Below, in pieces: positions 1-10,928 of a stretch of DNA of 64,000 nt (position 1 is its first letter; every line of letters starts with the position of its first letter). The DNA is from Nitrospirota bacterium (GTDB lineage: Bacteria; Nitrospirota; UBA9217): contig CAVVUN010000012.1 of NCBI GenBank assembly GCA_963751455.1, positions 128,001 to 192,000 on the forward strand, given 5' to 3'. Position numbers and translations under genes: made by a program. The notes under the pieces are model-generated. The model was given only the letters and a program-made list of their open reading frames with translations. It was not told the DNA's origin and ran no database searches.

Positions 1-179
1 TTACCGGAAAGCTTCTCCAGCCGATTGCCCGGCGGCACCTTCAAATCCTCAAGACGATCCGCCGCATCCAGATAGAATAGTTTTTTCAAAGCTGTACGGC
101 GGATATCCGGCGGGATTTTCGATGAAGGCTGTCTATTGAAAAGCTTTTCTGTTTCCTTTCCACGGAAGCTTTTTATCAT
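1..179 (-). CDS. higB: HigB/RelE-type toxin (plasmid-maintenance killer family), 3' part runs off the window
   Basis: Manual translation MIKSFRGKETEKLFNRQPSSKIPPDIRRTALKKLFYLDAADRLEDLKVPPGNRLEKLSG; the PPGNRLEKL motif is typical of HigB. Not in the ORF track. Confidence 0.85.
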   Translation of the reverse strand, partial: MIKSFRGKETEKLFNRQPSSKIPPDIRRTALKKLFYLDAADRLEDLKVPPGNRLEKLSG

Positions 180-184
180 CCTTG

Positions 185-213
185 ATGATAACGCAATGCG
201 TTATTATTGTCAA
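185..213 (-). promoter_or_regulatory. sigma70 promoter with palindromic operator for higB
   Basis: Minus strand TTGACA-17 bp-TATCAT, 5 nt before the ATG; palindrome ATAACGCA-A-TGCGTTAT (188-204) lies across the spacer and -10. Confidence 0.75.
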
Positions 214-530
214 GCGTTATCATCGAAAACGTCCACAGACAGGCAGGGATGATGCCGCGGAACACTGGAGGAAAGCGCACTTAGCAGTTACATCACGTCG
301 CAAGTTGCAGTTAATCAAAGCAATCGGTTCAAAATGAGTCACAAAACCGTCAAGGCAGAGCATGGAGTATCTGAAGCGATGAAAATCTTTCTCAATGTGC
401 AGCAATCCGGCATATTATTAATATTTATAAATGTATTGATATTTCTCACAGCGTATGGAACATAAAAAATGATATATTTGGCCTAAGGTATCCAATTGTT
501 TTCTTAAATAAACATCAGGAGGTAAACGTC

Positions 531-905
531 ATGAAAGCAATAAGCCTTTTAGAGAAAAAAAACAACGAGATCATATCCCTTGGCGGCGACAACTCTGTCG
601 AAGAGGCCATATGGTTAATGCACAACAAGAAAATCAGCGCGATTATGATAATGGATGACGGCAAAGCTTCCGGTATTTTTACAGAAAGGGACGTTGTAAG
701 AGCCTACATATCCAAGAACGGGAAAAAGTTCAGGGAGATCAATCTAAAAGATGTAATGACAACAAACCTGAGTGTTGCCCAGCACGATGACCCCGTCGGT
801 GACATCATGTCCATAATGCTCCGTAAAAGCATAAGGCATATGCCCGTTGTCCAGGACGGCACCGTCATAGGGATGTTGTCAATGCGCGACGTTATCGGGC
901 TGTAA
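531..905 (+). CDS. CBS-domain protein
   Basis: GIFTERD and IRHMPV...GMLSMRD CBS pair; RBS AGGAGG. Confidence 0.9.
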   Translation: MKAISLLEKKNNEIISLGGDNSVEEAIWLMHNKKISAIMIMDDGKASGIFTERDVVRAYISKNGKKFREINLKDVMTTNLSVAQHDDPVGDIMSIMLRKSIRHMPVVQDGTVIGMLSMRDVIGL

Positions 906-1015
906 TAATAGCCTCTGCTAAACCACTTAACTACTCGACCAGAGTAGTTTACTTATCAATCTACCTGCCGCCTTTTTCGCAGGTTGAAACCTGCGGCTTA
1001 CCGGTTTTGAATGGA

Positions 1016-1681
1016 TCACTTCAGTTCGTCTTGCAGTGTTTCAGCCGCGATCTGCTCAAGTGAGATGCCGTAATCGTTTTGCAGAGCGCGCAGAAAAGAC
1101 TTCGCCGTTTCTGTGGCCTGGTCGAAGCGACGGAGAAAAGCCGGGTTATTCTTGTAGCGCTCGGCGATGGAACTGCATCGTTCCGCGAGCGTGGTCGCAC
1201 GGTCCAACTCAACCATCCCGTCTATCAGCGGAATCAGCTGTTCTTCGAGTGTCTGCGGAATAAAATCTCGTTCCGGAAGGCCGTGAAGAACCGCTTCCTG
1301 CTTAGGCATCCCGCAGAGCACATGAGAAGCGCAGATGAACGCTTCACGGTGATGGCCGAGCTCTGACAGAAGACGGTAACCCTCAACACCGTGCAGAATA
1401 GGATCGTGAGTTTTATAGCGGCCTATATCATGCAGGAGCGCTCCGACCGTTAGCAAGCGAACATCGATTTCCCGCCTTTTTGCGATCAGGCCTCCCACCC
1501 GTTCTGCAACGCGAGAAACAGCCACGCAGTGCCTGATCCAGGGTGCGTTGCTGCCGTATCTGTTTAAAAGGTGTGATGCTTCTTGATGTGTGAGCACCGA
1601 GTTACTCTCCTGTCGGAAATTACCAAGGTTTTCCGCAACACCCTCATGTGGAATAACTGCATTTAGCCGGCAGATATGCAC
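1016..1681 (-). CDS. HD-domain (HDIG) hydrolase; true start may be downstream
   Basis: HCVAV...GALLHDIG...HGVEG motifs. Confidence 0.85.
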   Translation of the reverse strand: MHICRLNAVIPHEGVAENLGNFRQESNSVLTHQEASHLLNRYGSNAPWIRHCVAVSRVAERVGGLIAKRREIDVRLLTVGALLHDIGRYKTHDPILHGVEGYRLLSELGHHREAFICASHVLCGMPKQEAVLHGLPERDFIPQTLEEQLIPLIDGMVELDRATTLAERCSSIAERYKNNPAFLRRFDQATETAKSFLRALQNDYGISLEQIAAETLQDELK

Positions 1682-1809
1682 AAAATTCGCATGAAAAAAT
1701 AAGCTTTTTGAATCTTGCCTGCAGCTAACGTCCCAGACTTCGAATCCTCCTCGTGGATTCTTGACAAAAACTATTTACTTCGTCAGGTTATCAGCCTGAA
1801 GTTTTTTTG

Positions 1810-3450
1810 TCAAGACCCGGCCTTACCGAAGAACGCGGCGTGATTGGATGTGAACACCGGAGGATCCTTTTTAATTATCCCGGAAACCGCTGCATGCCGT
1901 TTGAATTCAGTTTCGAGGAAATGCCGGACCAGTTTCCTGTCCCACCCCCGGGGATGCTTGAAGCCGGTATAGAGCGAAAGATCCCCTTCATAAAACTGTT
2001 CAGTCTCATATTCCGCTGATTCAATTCCGCACGCAGGCATATTGAAGATAGCGAGGTTCAGAAAGGAAACCGCTTCCCGGTGCCCGACAATAAATTCCAG
2101 CGTTTTACGTGCTTCATGAATGGTTTCTACGGGTGTTCCAAAGAGAAGATAAATATATGTAGCAATGCCCGCCTGATGCAGGTTTTTCAAAACTTTGGAC
2201 ACAGTCTTCAGATTGATCCCCTTCTGCAACCCGTCAAGCACTCCCTGGTCTCCTGATTCCAATCCAAGCTTCAGCATCCGGCATTCCGATTTTTTCAGCG
2301 CCATGCAATAATCGAGGTCCGTTAAATCGTGATGTATCCGGGCGAAGCCGTACCAGGGGACGCCGACCGGTTTTTCCGCGAGCGAGCGCATAAGAGCGGG
2401 ACTGATTGAGCTGTCGAGCAAATGGATCATGACCGTTTTTGTTCTCTGTGTAAGAGCATTCAGATCGGCCATCGCATTTTTGATGGAAACAGCGACATAG
2501 GGGTTCCCTTCCGCCGGTTCCGGACAGAACGAGCACTTGTTCCAGTAACAGCCGCTCGATCCGCTGTAAGGAAGAATAAAGCCCGGAGACAGATAGTCCT
2601 CAAGAGGAAGGGAATCATAAACGGGTAAATAGTGATTGTGCTTCACGTCACTGACACCAAGCAGGGACAGCAGCGGCCCCTCACCCGGGCCTGCAACCAG
2701 ATGGTCCACAAGGCTTCCGAACGGATTTTTCCAGCCGGGTCTTTTCATCCATGACGTTATCAGTCCTCCGCCCAGCACGATTTTGATGCCGGGAAATTCT
2801 TTCCTGATAAAACCGATCATCGCGAAAGTGCATAACGCCTGGCTCAAATAATTGAGCGAGAAGCCAATCAGACGCTCCGCGCGTATTGGATTTTCTTTGC
2901 AGTCTTTGCCTGCACCCAGTCGTTTACGAGTGCGCATGCGCGAGTGCAGGGCGCGGCTTTGCGCGAGACAGCCTTTATCAACAAGTTCCGGCAGCCGCTT
3001 CTTGAAAAAAGGGTAAAAAAAATTCTTCTCAGGATGCTCCGCCGCATTCATCAGATCGCTGCTTTTTACCGGGGACAAGGCCTCATCCTGGTAATCCGCC
3101 AGGCCAGCGACAACACTTCCCTCGTTTCCCGATATCGCGAGAACCCGGTTTACGTCCATTACTGCCCTGCTGTACCGGTCGAATGATTGATACGTCAGGG
3201 GGTCCCGGAGCGCTGAAATATTTTTCGATATATTTTTAACTGCTCTTCGGGTCCAGGTATCCGGCGCAGTGAGCGGTTGATTCAGAAGGTAAAGCAGTCC
3301 CTCAAGATTCATATCACCGACAGTACAGGAAATGCCGTGAGCATTGAGCGCGCCTGCGAGTTTCGCTATGCCGGCAGGAGGTTCGCTCGGTTTTACTACA
3401 GGAGGAAAGATCAGAAGCATGGAGACATTATGCCGGATGCGGAACGGCAT
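1810..3450 (-). CDS. B12-binding-domain-type radical SAM protein carrying an in-frame repeat insertion
   Basis: CYWNKCSFC (CxxxCxxC), LGLESG; repeat-derived segment at about 2890-2968. Confidence 0.85.
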   Translation of the reverse strand: MPFRIRHNVSMLLIFPPVVKPSEPPAGIAKLAGALNAHGISCTVGDMNLEGLLYLLNQPLTAPDTWTRRAVKNISKNISALRDPLTYQSFDRYSRAVMDVNRVLAISGNEGSVVAGLADYQDEALSPVKSSDLMNAAEHPEKNFFYPFFKKRLPELVDKGCLAQSRALHSRMRTRKRLGAGKDCKENPIRAERLIGFSLNYLSQALCTFAMIGFIRKEFPGIKIVLGGGLITSWMKRPGWKNPFGSLVDHLVAGPGEGPLLSLLGVSDVKHNHYLPVYDSLPLEDYLSPGFILPYSGSSGCYWNKCSFCPEPAEGNPYVAVSIKNAMADLNALTQRTKTVMIHLLDSSISPALMRSLAEKPVGVPWYGFARIHHDLTDLDYCMALKKSECRMLKLGLESGDQGVLDGLQKGINLKTVSKVLKNLHQAGIATYIYLLFGTPVETIHEARKTLEFIVGHREAVSFLNLAIFNMPACGIESAEYETEQFYEGDLSLYTGFKHPRGWDRKLVRHFLETEFKRHAAVSGIIKKDPPVFTSNHAAFFGKAGS

Positions 3451-3570
3451 GGCAAGTTGTTAGTGCAAAATAACATTTTCTGTTAATTGAAAATGCAATC
3501 GACCGCCGTTCCCATTTTGCGAAATACTTGCTATAATTATTCTGCTGCAGGTCAATAAGTTGCGCGCTAG

Positions 3571-3779
3571 TGTAGTGTCTCACAAACGACTGGCTGTTAT
3601 CATAGCGCGGCAGTAGGCCGCAGCCAAACTTGTAGGGCAAGGCTTTAGCCTTGCTGAAAGCGCCGGAACAGCAGCAACCCTAAAGGGTCGCCCTACAAAT
3701 TCATCAGCAAATATTTATGCGAAGATAAATTTTCGATGAGAAATCATCATATAACACCGTCCATTTAAGAGACACTACG
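3571..3779. mobile_element. MITE family A, CTAG-flanked, with internal REP-like pair
   Basis: Ends TGTAGTGTCTCACAAACG and CCATTTAAGAGACACTACG; CTAG at 3567-70 and 3780-83; internal GTAGGGCAAGGCTTTAGCCTTGC...GCAACCCTAAAGGGTCGCCCTAC; related copy at 34841-35028. Confidence 0.75.
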
Positions 3780-3791
3780 CTAGGAGCGGCG

Positions 3792-4382
3792 ATGGATCAC
3801 TTCAGAAAAATGGAACAATATGAAATATTGAAAGCTTCAGCATCGGCATCCCCTCTTTCCATCGCCAAAAGGAACAACGTTGAACAACGCTGGTCAGGGC
3901 AAAAAGCCCATAATTTATGGCAGCATGCAAAGAAGTATTTCTATTACAGGAATGACAACCCAAGAGCCGCTTTCTTATGCAAGCGGCTGATCGATCAGTA
4001 TGCGATGACACAGGAAGCAGACGATGCAAAGCTTCTGCTCCATGACATCAGGATTGAAATTAAAAAACTGACGGAAGACTATGACAATAAGCCGGCTGCC
4101 GAAAATCAGGAAAGCGTCCGAACGCAACAGGCAGCGGCTGTTTCACTGCTGGCGAATAGCCGGACGAAATTTTCCATAGCCACGGCTGTTGTGGTGATTC
4201 CGATCATCGGGATAGCGCAAGGCGGCGTTGTAGGGATAGCAGCAGCTGAGTTGCTTACTTTATTAGCACTGGCCTTTGTTTTCTGGATAGATGCAGTGAT
4301 CAGATTTTTTTTGAAAAAGATAATAATCTCTTGGCGGAGCCTCCTGAAACGTGCTGACTACCGGCTCTGGCCTGTTGACTGA
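3792..4382 (+). CDS. hypothetical membrane protein
   Basis: 196-aa ORF with C-terminal hydrophobic helices; RBS AGGAG overlaps the CTAG target site. Confidence 0.55.
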   Translation: MDHFRKMEQYEILKASASASPLSIAKRNNVEQRWSGQKAHNLWQHAKKYFYYRNDNPRAAFLCKRLIDQYAMTQEADDAKLLLHDIRIEIKKLTEDYDNKPAAENQESVRTQQAAAVSLLANSRTKFSIATAVVVIPIIGIAQGGVVGIAAAELLTLLALAFVFWIDAVIRFFLKKIIISWRSLLKRADYRLWPVD

Positions 4383-4432
4383 TCGAACGCCGCCGATCAT
4401 AATTAACCCACCTCTTTTTCCCAATATATAGT

Positions 4433-7400
4433 TTAAGCAGCCTTTTTCTGGACGGGGCTTTCTTCAGCAACGGCCGCATCCCTCTCGCGGTCCTTGCTGT
4501 GATCGCGGGCAATCAGCATATATATAGAAGGAACGACGAAGAGCGTGAAGAGAGTTCCGATGAACAAGCCGCCCACCAGGACTATGCCGATCGAGTTGCG
4601 GGCCTCAGCGCCGGCGCCGGACACGAGCGTCAGCGGAAAGTGGCCTGCGATGGTCGCGGCAGTGGTCATCAGAATAGGCCTGAGGCGGGTCAGGGACGCT
4701 TCACGCACGGCATCGAGCTTGGCAAGGCCCTGCAGTTGGAGCTTGTTGGCGAACTCGACGATAAGGATGCCGTTCTTCGATACCAGCCCGACCAGGGTCA
4801 CCAGCCCGACCTGAGAGTAGATGTTGAGGCTGGTGGTCCAGCCGCTGGTCCAGAACGGCACATTCGGGTCGGGCATCTTCAGAAAGGTGAAGATGAGCGC
4901 ACCGAAAATCGCGAGCGGCACCGAGCCGCCGAGGATGACGAAGGGGTCGCGGAAGCTGTTGAATTGGGCCGCAAGCACCAGGAAGATGAGGACGATTGCG
5001 AGGGTGAACGCGGGAAGGAACTTATACCCCTCGGTGCGCAACTGGCGCGACTCGCCGGTGTAGTCGATGACGTACCCCTGGGGGAGGACCTTCGCTGCCT
5101 CGTCCTCCAGGAAACGCAGGGCTTCGTCCAGCGGCCGCACTGCCACGCCGCTGATCTTGACCGCGTTCAGCTGCTGGAAGCGGTTGAGCGAACGGGGAAC
5201 TACGCTCTCGCGCAGGGTTGCGACGGTTGAAAGCGGCACCAGCTTGCCGTTGGGACCGGTGACGTAGATCTCCTTGAGCTGGTCCGGGGTGAGGCGGCCG
5301 GTGCGCTGGATCTGGGGAATGACCTTGTAGCTCCTCCCCGCTATGTCGAACCGGTTGACGAAGTCGCCGCCGACCATTCCCCCAAGGTCGGCGCCGATCT
5401 GTGCCAGGTTGAGACCGAGGGCAGCGACCTTGTCGCGGTCAATGATGAACTCGGCCTGGGGCTGGTCGATTTTGACGTCGATTGTCGGCGGGAAAGCGAA
5501 CAGGTTGCTTTCCATCGCCTTCTGCTGAAGCTTCTGCGCGACTTCCAGGATCTGCCCGGTTTCAGCGGTTGAGGCCAGGACGAACTCCACCGGGAACTGG
5601 CCGCCGCCGGGCAGGGCCGGTGGAGTAACCGGGAATATCTGGATGCCGGGGATCGCCTGCAGTTTCTGCTGCACCTCCGGCATGATCTCGAAGATGTCCG
5701 CTCGCGTTCATCCCATGGTTTGGTCACCATGCCGCCGAAGCCGGTGCTGGGAAACGTGATCTGGAAGGTAAACTCGGTCTCGGGCACGCTCAGGAAAACC
5801 TTGTTGACCGCTGCCGCGTATCGGCTGGTCTGGTCGAGGGTCGAGTCGGCCGAGGCTTCAAGGATGCCGAAGATGACTCCCTGATCTTCCAGGGGCGCCA
5901 GTTCCTTTGCGGACATGATGAACATCGGTATGGTGAGCAGGCTGACGACGATCCATACCGTGTAAACCGCCGGACGCACGCGCAGGATGGCATCGAGCCG
6001 GCGTCCATACGCGTCCCTGAGTCGCTTGAAGTCGCGTGAAATCCGTGCGGGCCAGGCCGCGCTCTTCAACGCCGGGCTTGAGCAGCCTGGCGGACATGAC
6101 CGGAGACAGGGTGAGAGCGACTATTCCGGATATGGTGACTGCTCCGGCCAGGGTAAAAGCGAATTCGCGAAAGAGCGATCCGGTAAGCCCTCCCTGAAGT
6201 CCGATCGGAACATAGACCGCTGCCAGGGTGATGGTCATGGCTATGATCGGCCCGACCAGTTCGCGCGCGCCGAGCAGGGCCGCCTCCCGGGCGGATTTCC
6301 CCGTGCTCATGTGGCGCGCCACGTTCTCCACCACCACAATGGCGTCGTCCACCACGAGGCCGACCGAAAGCACGATTGCCAGCAGGGTGAGAAGGTTGAC
6401 GGTGAAGCCGAAGACCTGCATCAGAAAGACGCCGCCGATAAGCGACACCGGGATCGCCACGACCGGAACGATTACCGTACGAAAGGAGCCGAGGAAAAGG
6501 AAAATGACGATCATGACGATCAGCAGCGTGTCGCCGAGCGTTTTAAGCACCTCGTGGATGGCGTTGTTGATGTAGTCGGTCGCGTCGTAGGCCACACGCG
6601 CCTGCAAGCCGCTCGGCTGGTCCCTCTCAATTGCCGCCATCTCGGCCCGCACGCTCTTGATAACGTCGATGGAATTGGCGTTGGGGAGCGCCCAGATCCC
6701 CATGAAGACGGCCGTCTCCCCCGAAAAGCGGACCTCGGCATCGTAGTCTTCGGCGCCCAGCACCACGTCTGCGATTTCTCCCAGGTGCACGATCGCGCCG
6801 TCCTGCTCGCGCACTGCCAGGCGCTTGAACTCTTCCACCGTGCTCAGGTTGGTATTCGCCGTCAGGTTGACCTGGATGAGCGCGCCCTTGCTCCTTCCCA
6901 CGGCAGCCAGGAAGTTGTTCGCAGCCAGCGCCTGGCGCACCTGGGCCGGACTGATGTTCAGGGCCGCCATCCGCTCGGGGTTGAGCCAGATCCGCATGGC
7001 AAACGTACGGGCGCCGAGAATGTCGGCCCGCTGCACACCGGCGATGGCCGACAGGCGGGGCTGGACTATGCGCACCAGGTAATCGGTGATCTCGTTCTGC
7101 TGCAGGATATCGGAGGTAAAACTCAGATAGGCCGAAGCAAACTCGCTGTCTGCCGACTCGATGTTGATCGTCGGAACTTCAGCTTCAAGAGGCAGGTCGC
7201 GCCGCACCTGGTCGACCTTGGAGCTGATCTCGGCAAGGGCCTTGGTGGAGTCGTAGTTGAGCTTGAGGCGCACCTTGATGGTGGAAAGGCCCAGCGTGCT
7301 CTGCGACTCCATGTATTCGATGCCGTCTGCAGCGGCGATCGCGCGCTCGAGCGGCGAAGTGACGAAGCCGCGCACGAGATCGGCATCGGCGCCGACATAG

Positions 7401-7550
7401 ACCGTGGTCACGGTAACCGCGGCATTCTCGCTGCGTGGGTACTGGCGCACGTTCAGCGTGCGCGACAGCCTGCAAACCGGCGATGATGATGATCAGGTTG
7501 ATCACCAGCGCCAGGACGGGACGGCGTATGAAGAGGTCGGTGATTTTCAT
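4433..7550 (-). pseudogene. RND efflux permease (AcrB/MexW-like), split by about 3 frameshifts
   Basis: MKITDLFIRRPVLA, GLVVDDAIVVVEN, SKNGILIVEFA, RLRPILMTT spread over ORFs 7185-7649, 5858-7450, 5341-6069 and 4433-5683. Confidence 0.85.
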
Positions 7551-7623
7551 AATCCTAAAACGCCTCGCGGCCTTTAAAATCTTTATGCCCAACAAAAAAC
7601 ACAAAACTAAAATCATGTGCTGG

Positions 7624-7725
7624 TCTCGCGCAAAGCCGCCAAGGCGCAAAGAAAACCTTCAAGTCCTAGTCTTGATTATAAAAAAAATTAAGTAGTCCTC
7701 TCTTTGCGACTTTGCGTCTTTGCGC
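7624..7725. repeat. CGCAAAG-unit hairpin repeat between the RND genes
   Basis: CTCGCGCAAAGCCGCCAAGGCGCAAAGAAA...TCTTTGCGACTTTGCGTCTTTGCGC inverted arms around an AT-rich spacer. Confidence 0.7.
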
Positions 7726-7790
7726 TGAAAATCGATTTTGTCTTTGTTCTTGGTCAATCCCGGAGACTCAAGCTGCCTTCCAGCCAGCTG

Positions 7791-8911
7791 TCAGTTATTC
7801 TCGGGCGTCGGCGCTTTCCGGAAGTCCGGGGCCAGCGTATTGTCGACCACCGCTGACTCGCCGTTTCGCAGCTTGAAGACGCCGGTGCTGACCACTGTTT
7901 CTCCCTCCTTGAGCCCGCTCGTTACGGCCACGAAATCGCCGCGCTTTTGACCGAGGCGCACGAACTGCTGGCGCAGCACCTTCCCCTTTTTATCCGGAGC
8001 ATCCTCGATGATGAAGACCGAGTCTCCATAGGGGGCGTAAAGGACGGCCGTTGCGGGAATGGCGAGCACTGTCTGGCGTTCGGGGAGCTTCACCGCGACA
8101 TTGACGAACATGCCGGGGCGCAGGTTCTTCGCGCGGTTGGCCAGCTGTCGCCTGCAGCCTGATCTGGCGGGTTTCGGCATCGACAAGAGGGTTTATGGCG
8201 GTTATCCTTCCCTCCAACGTCTTCCCGGGCAAGACATCCTGGTCACCTGTACTGTCAAGCCCAGGCGCACTGACGATAGTTGCTGCTGGGGCAGGGTGAA
8301 GTCTATATAGATCGGGTCGAGGGACTGCAGCGTGACGATCGGATCCCCCTCCTTCAGAATCTGGCCCAGGTTGACCTGGCGTATGCCGAGATAGCCGCTA
8401 AAGGGCGCGCGGATCGTCTTCTTGGCGATAGTTGCTCTTATATCATCGGCTTGAGCCTCCGCCTGTTCGGCACTCACCACGGCATTATCCCGTATCGGCC
8501 AGAGAGATCAAGTTCTTCGCATACAACTGGCTGACTCTCTTCAGATTGATGCGTGCCAATTTCACCTGGGCCTCAATGCCGGGAAGCTGCGCCTTTTCGC
8601 TCGAGGTGTCCTGACGCAGCAGGATTTCCCCCTTCTTTACCGGTTTGCCCGCCTCGAAACGGATCTCGACCACTTTTCCCGCCAACTCGGCGGCTACGGT
8701 AACGCCCTGAACAGCGATCAGCGTCCCAACCGCGGTCAGGGCAGTCTCCCACGAATCTGTCCTTAACGACCGCGGAGGTCACCGTTTGCGGCGGCGGTAC
8801 GAAATTCTTGCCCTGATCGATCATCGCACCGATCTGCAAGGCCTTCACGGCGACGATAACGGCAATCAGAATCACCAGGCCGACAATCGTGAACATCAGA
8901 CGTTTCTTCAT
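7791..8911 (-). pseudogene. RND periplasmic adaptor (MFP), split by about 4 frameshifts
   Basis: TIRAPFSGYLGIRQVNLGQ, LRPGMFVNV, QQFVRLG...GDFVAVTSGL in different frames. Confidence 0.85.
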
Positions 8912-9175
8912 GTCTGTAATGCTCCGCTACCGGATTCAATTCTGTTTTTCAAAGCCCAAAGTCGTACGCTTTCTAACATCGAACATACCGGGGAAAAAAC
9001 ATTTTCGATCTGGGATGAGATGATCAGTAATAATTTAAAAAAGAAAAACATCTTCTTCTTGAGTAATTAGACCATTGCTCCGAAAACATGTCAATAAATC
9101 GAAAGCTGTATCTCTTTGAAAACTATTGAAGCTGCAGAAGTCGATTGGAAAATTCAGAGGTAAGTTTTCCCGAGG

Positions 9176-9901
9176 CTATGCAGAATGTTTTTCATTCACG
9201 TTTGCAACGGCGAGTTCACGAAAACGCATCGCGAGTTCAGGCCCTTTGGCCTCTTCTTCGTGTTTAAAAAACACAAATACCTTCTCCCATTTTTGCGAGA
9301 GGATTCTTTCTCTCCATTCCAAAAGATCCGCATCCGTATAATCGGAACGCCGCAGCCGCAGGTACCCCCACGCTGCCGTACTGATGATTTTATGTGCCGG
9401 ATTCTCATCAGTATCCTCGATACATAAACCGCATCCCTTTTCGTGAAGACGGTCCGCAATTTTATTATCGAACCAGGACTCACTGCGGAACCCGAATGCG
9501 CATGACACGTTGCCCGGAAGGAGATCAAGAAATGCTTTTAGCGCAGGCCCGTCTGCATGAAAGCTCTTGGGAAACTGAAACAGAACAGGACCCAGTTTAC
9601 TGTCCAGGACAGACAGGGACCTGAAGAAGTAACCCGTCTCCGCTTCCACGTTTCGCAAACGCTTGAGGTGCGTTATGACCTGCGGCGCCTTGAGCGCAAA
9701 AATAAAATCACGCGGGACCTGTTCGGCCCAGGAAACGAGGACATTCTCTTTGGGCATGTGATAAAAAGTGTTGTTGATCTCTACCGTGTTGAGGCGTGCG
9801 GAATAGAAACGAAGCATTTCTTTGGGCGAGATCTTTTCGGGGTAGAATTTTCCCTTCCATTCCCTGTATCCGTATCCGCTTGCACCAACATAGATTTTCA
9901 T
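9176..9901 (-). CDS. DUF72 family protein
   Basis: WKGKFYP, VEINNTFY, ITHLKRL, LFQFP, YLRLR. Confidence 0.9.
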   Translation of the reverse strand: MKIYVGASGYGYREWKGKFYPEKISPKEMLRFYSARLNTVEINNTFYHMPKENVLVSWAEQVPRDFIFALKAPQVITHLKRLRNVEAETGYFFRSLSVLDSKLGPVLFQFPKSFHADGPALKAFLDLLPGNVSCAFGFRSESWFDNKIADRLHEKGCGLCIEDTDENPAHKIISTAAWGYLRLRRSDYTDADLLEWRERILSQKWEKVFVFFKHEEEAKGPELAMRFRELAVANVNEKHSA

Positions 9902-9935
9902 AGATCACCTTTGAAAAGCCAGAGGACTCTATAAT

Positions 9936-10040
9936 CTCAGATGACACAGATGATCCACAGATAAAGCTATAAGCATGTAATTGCTTATTCTTTTCTTCTT
10001 CATAATCTTTTAAATCTGCTTAATCTGCGTTACCTGCGGA
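9936..10040. repeat. CACAGAT-unit hairpin repeat
   Basis: CAGATGACACAGATGATCCACAGAT...ATCTGCTTAATCTGCGTTACCTGCG. Confidence 0.6.
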
Positions 10041-10049
10041 CAAAACCTG

Positions 10050-10154
10050 TCATGTCTTTTTTTTAAAAATGATGCGGTCCAAGGATGTCCTTCCCGGCCA
10101 GGCAACCAGCAGAAGGAGCGCGATCAACAGGTACGCGGCTGCAAGTTCATACAT
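10050..10154 (-). pseudogene. C-terminal remnant of a DoxX-like membrane protein
   Basis: MYELAAAYLLIALLLLVAWPGRTSLDRIIF resembles DoxX C-termini (compare GGGKWSLDRLL in the 60452 gene). Confidence 0.5.
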
Positions 10155-10509
10155 AATTCAAGTTTATCACACACAATCGAGCAACGAAAAAGGGACGGAA
10201 GTAACAGAAGCATAAGGTATTTTATTTTGAGAATGCAATATGGCGGATTGAGTTTTAAGGTCTGCGAGCAATACTTCAGACAAAGAGATTTTCAACCATC
10301 GGGAGGAGAAAGCACGGAGCACGTTAACGCCGTCGACAATGGATAAATGCCGACCTCAAACGTCAGTTAGCGGACGGATATGGGCGGCAGAAACCGCAGT
10401 TTCTGCCGCCTTTTCCGCTGTTTCGAGTTTTTCCAAAAGAAGAATTTTGTATGACAGGGAGAAGCCAAATATGAATATTGATCATGATGTTTTCAAGCTG
10501 CCGCGCTTT

Positions 10510-10842
10510 TTAATATTGTCTACGGCCTCTGCCGCCGTAGCCGCTGCCGCCCCGATGGTCTCTGTCACCCCCGAAGCCTGAGCCGCCGCGCGGCTTCTGC
10601 GGTTTTGCTTCGTTAACCGTAAGGTTTCGCTCCATGAAGGCGACGCCATTCATGGCCGAAATCGCCTTATCTCCGTCCTCATCAGATCCCATTTCCACAA
10701 AAGCGAAGCCCTTGGACCTGCCGTTTGTCGGGTCGACAATGAGCTTTGTAGATACTACCTCTCCGATCTTTGCAAATGCCTCCGTCAAATCCTGTTCCGT
10801 TGTCTGGTACGACAAATTCCCTACATAAAGTTTCTTGGCCAT
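10510..10842 (-). CDS. RRM RNA-binding protein with Gly-rich tail
   Basis: RNP2 LYVGNL and RNP1 KGFAFVEM. Confidence 0.95.
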   Translation of the reverse strand: MAKKLYVGNLSYQTTEQDLTEAFAKIGEVVSTKLIVDPTNGRSKGFAFVEMGSDEDGDKAISAMNGVAFMERNLTVNEAKPQKPRGGSGFGGDRDHRGGSGYGGRGRRQY

Positions 10843-10928
10843 TTTTTCTCCCTAACGTTTGTTTGGTTTTTTGTTGTTTGCAATAAGGTGAAGTCCGTTC
10901 CCGGGATGTTCTCCGGATCCCGGTGTTC

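Noticed and set aside
5987-7486. Long antisense ORFs (also 21331-22851, 16530-17501, 31891-32748)
   Set aside because: Shadow frames opposite well-supported GC-rich genes, with no recognisable motifs.
10322-10415. attC-like GTTAAC...GTTAGC and a GC-rich hairpin
   Set aside because: No proper R/L box symmetry, integrase or cassette array; the hairpin is more likely a terminator.
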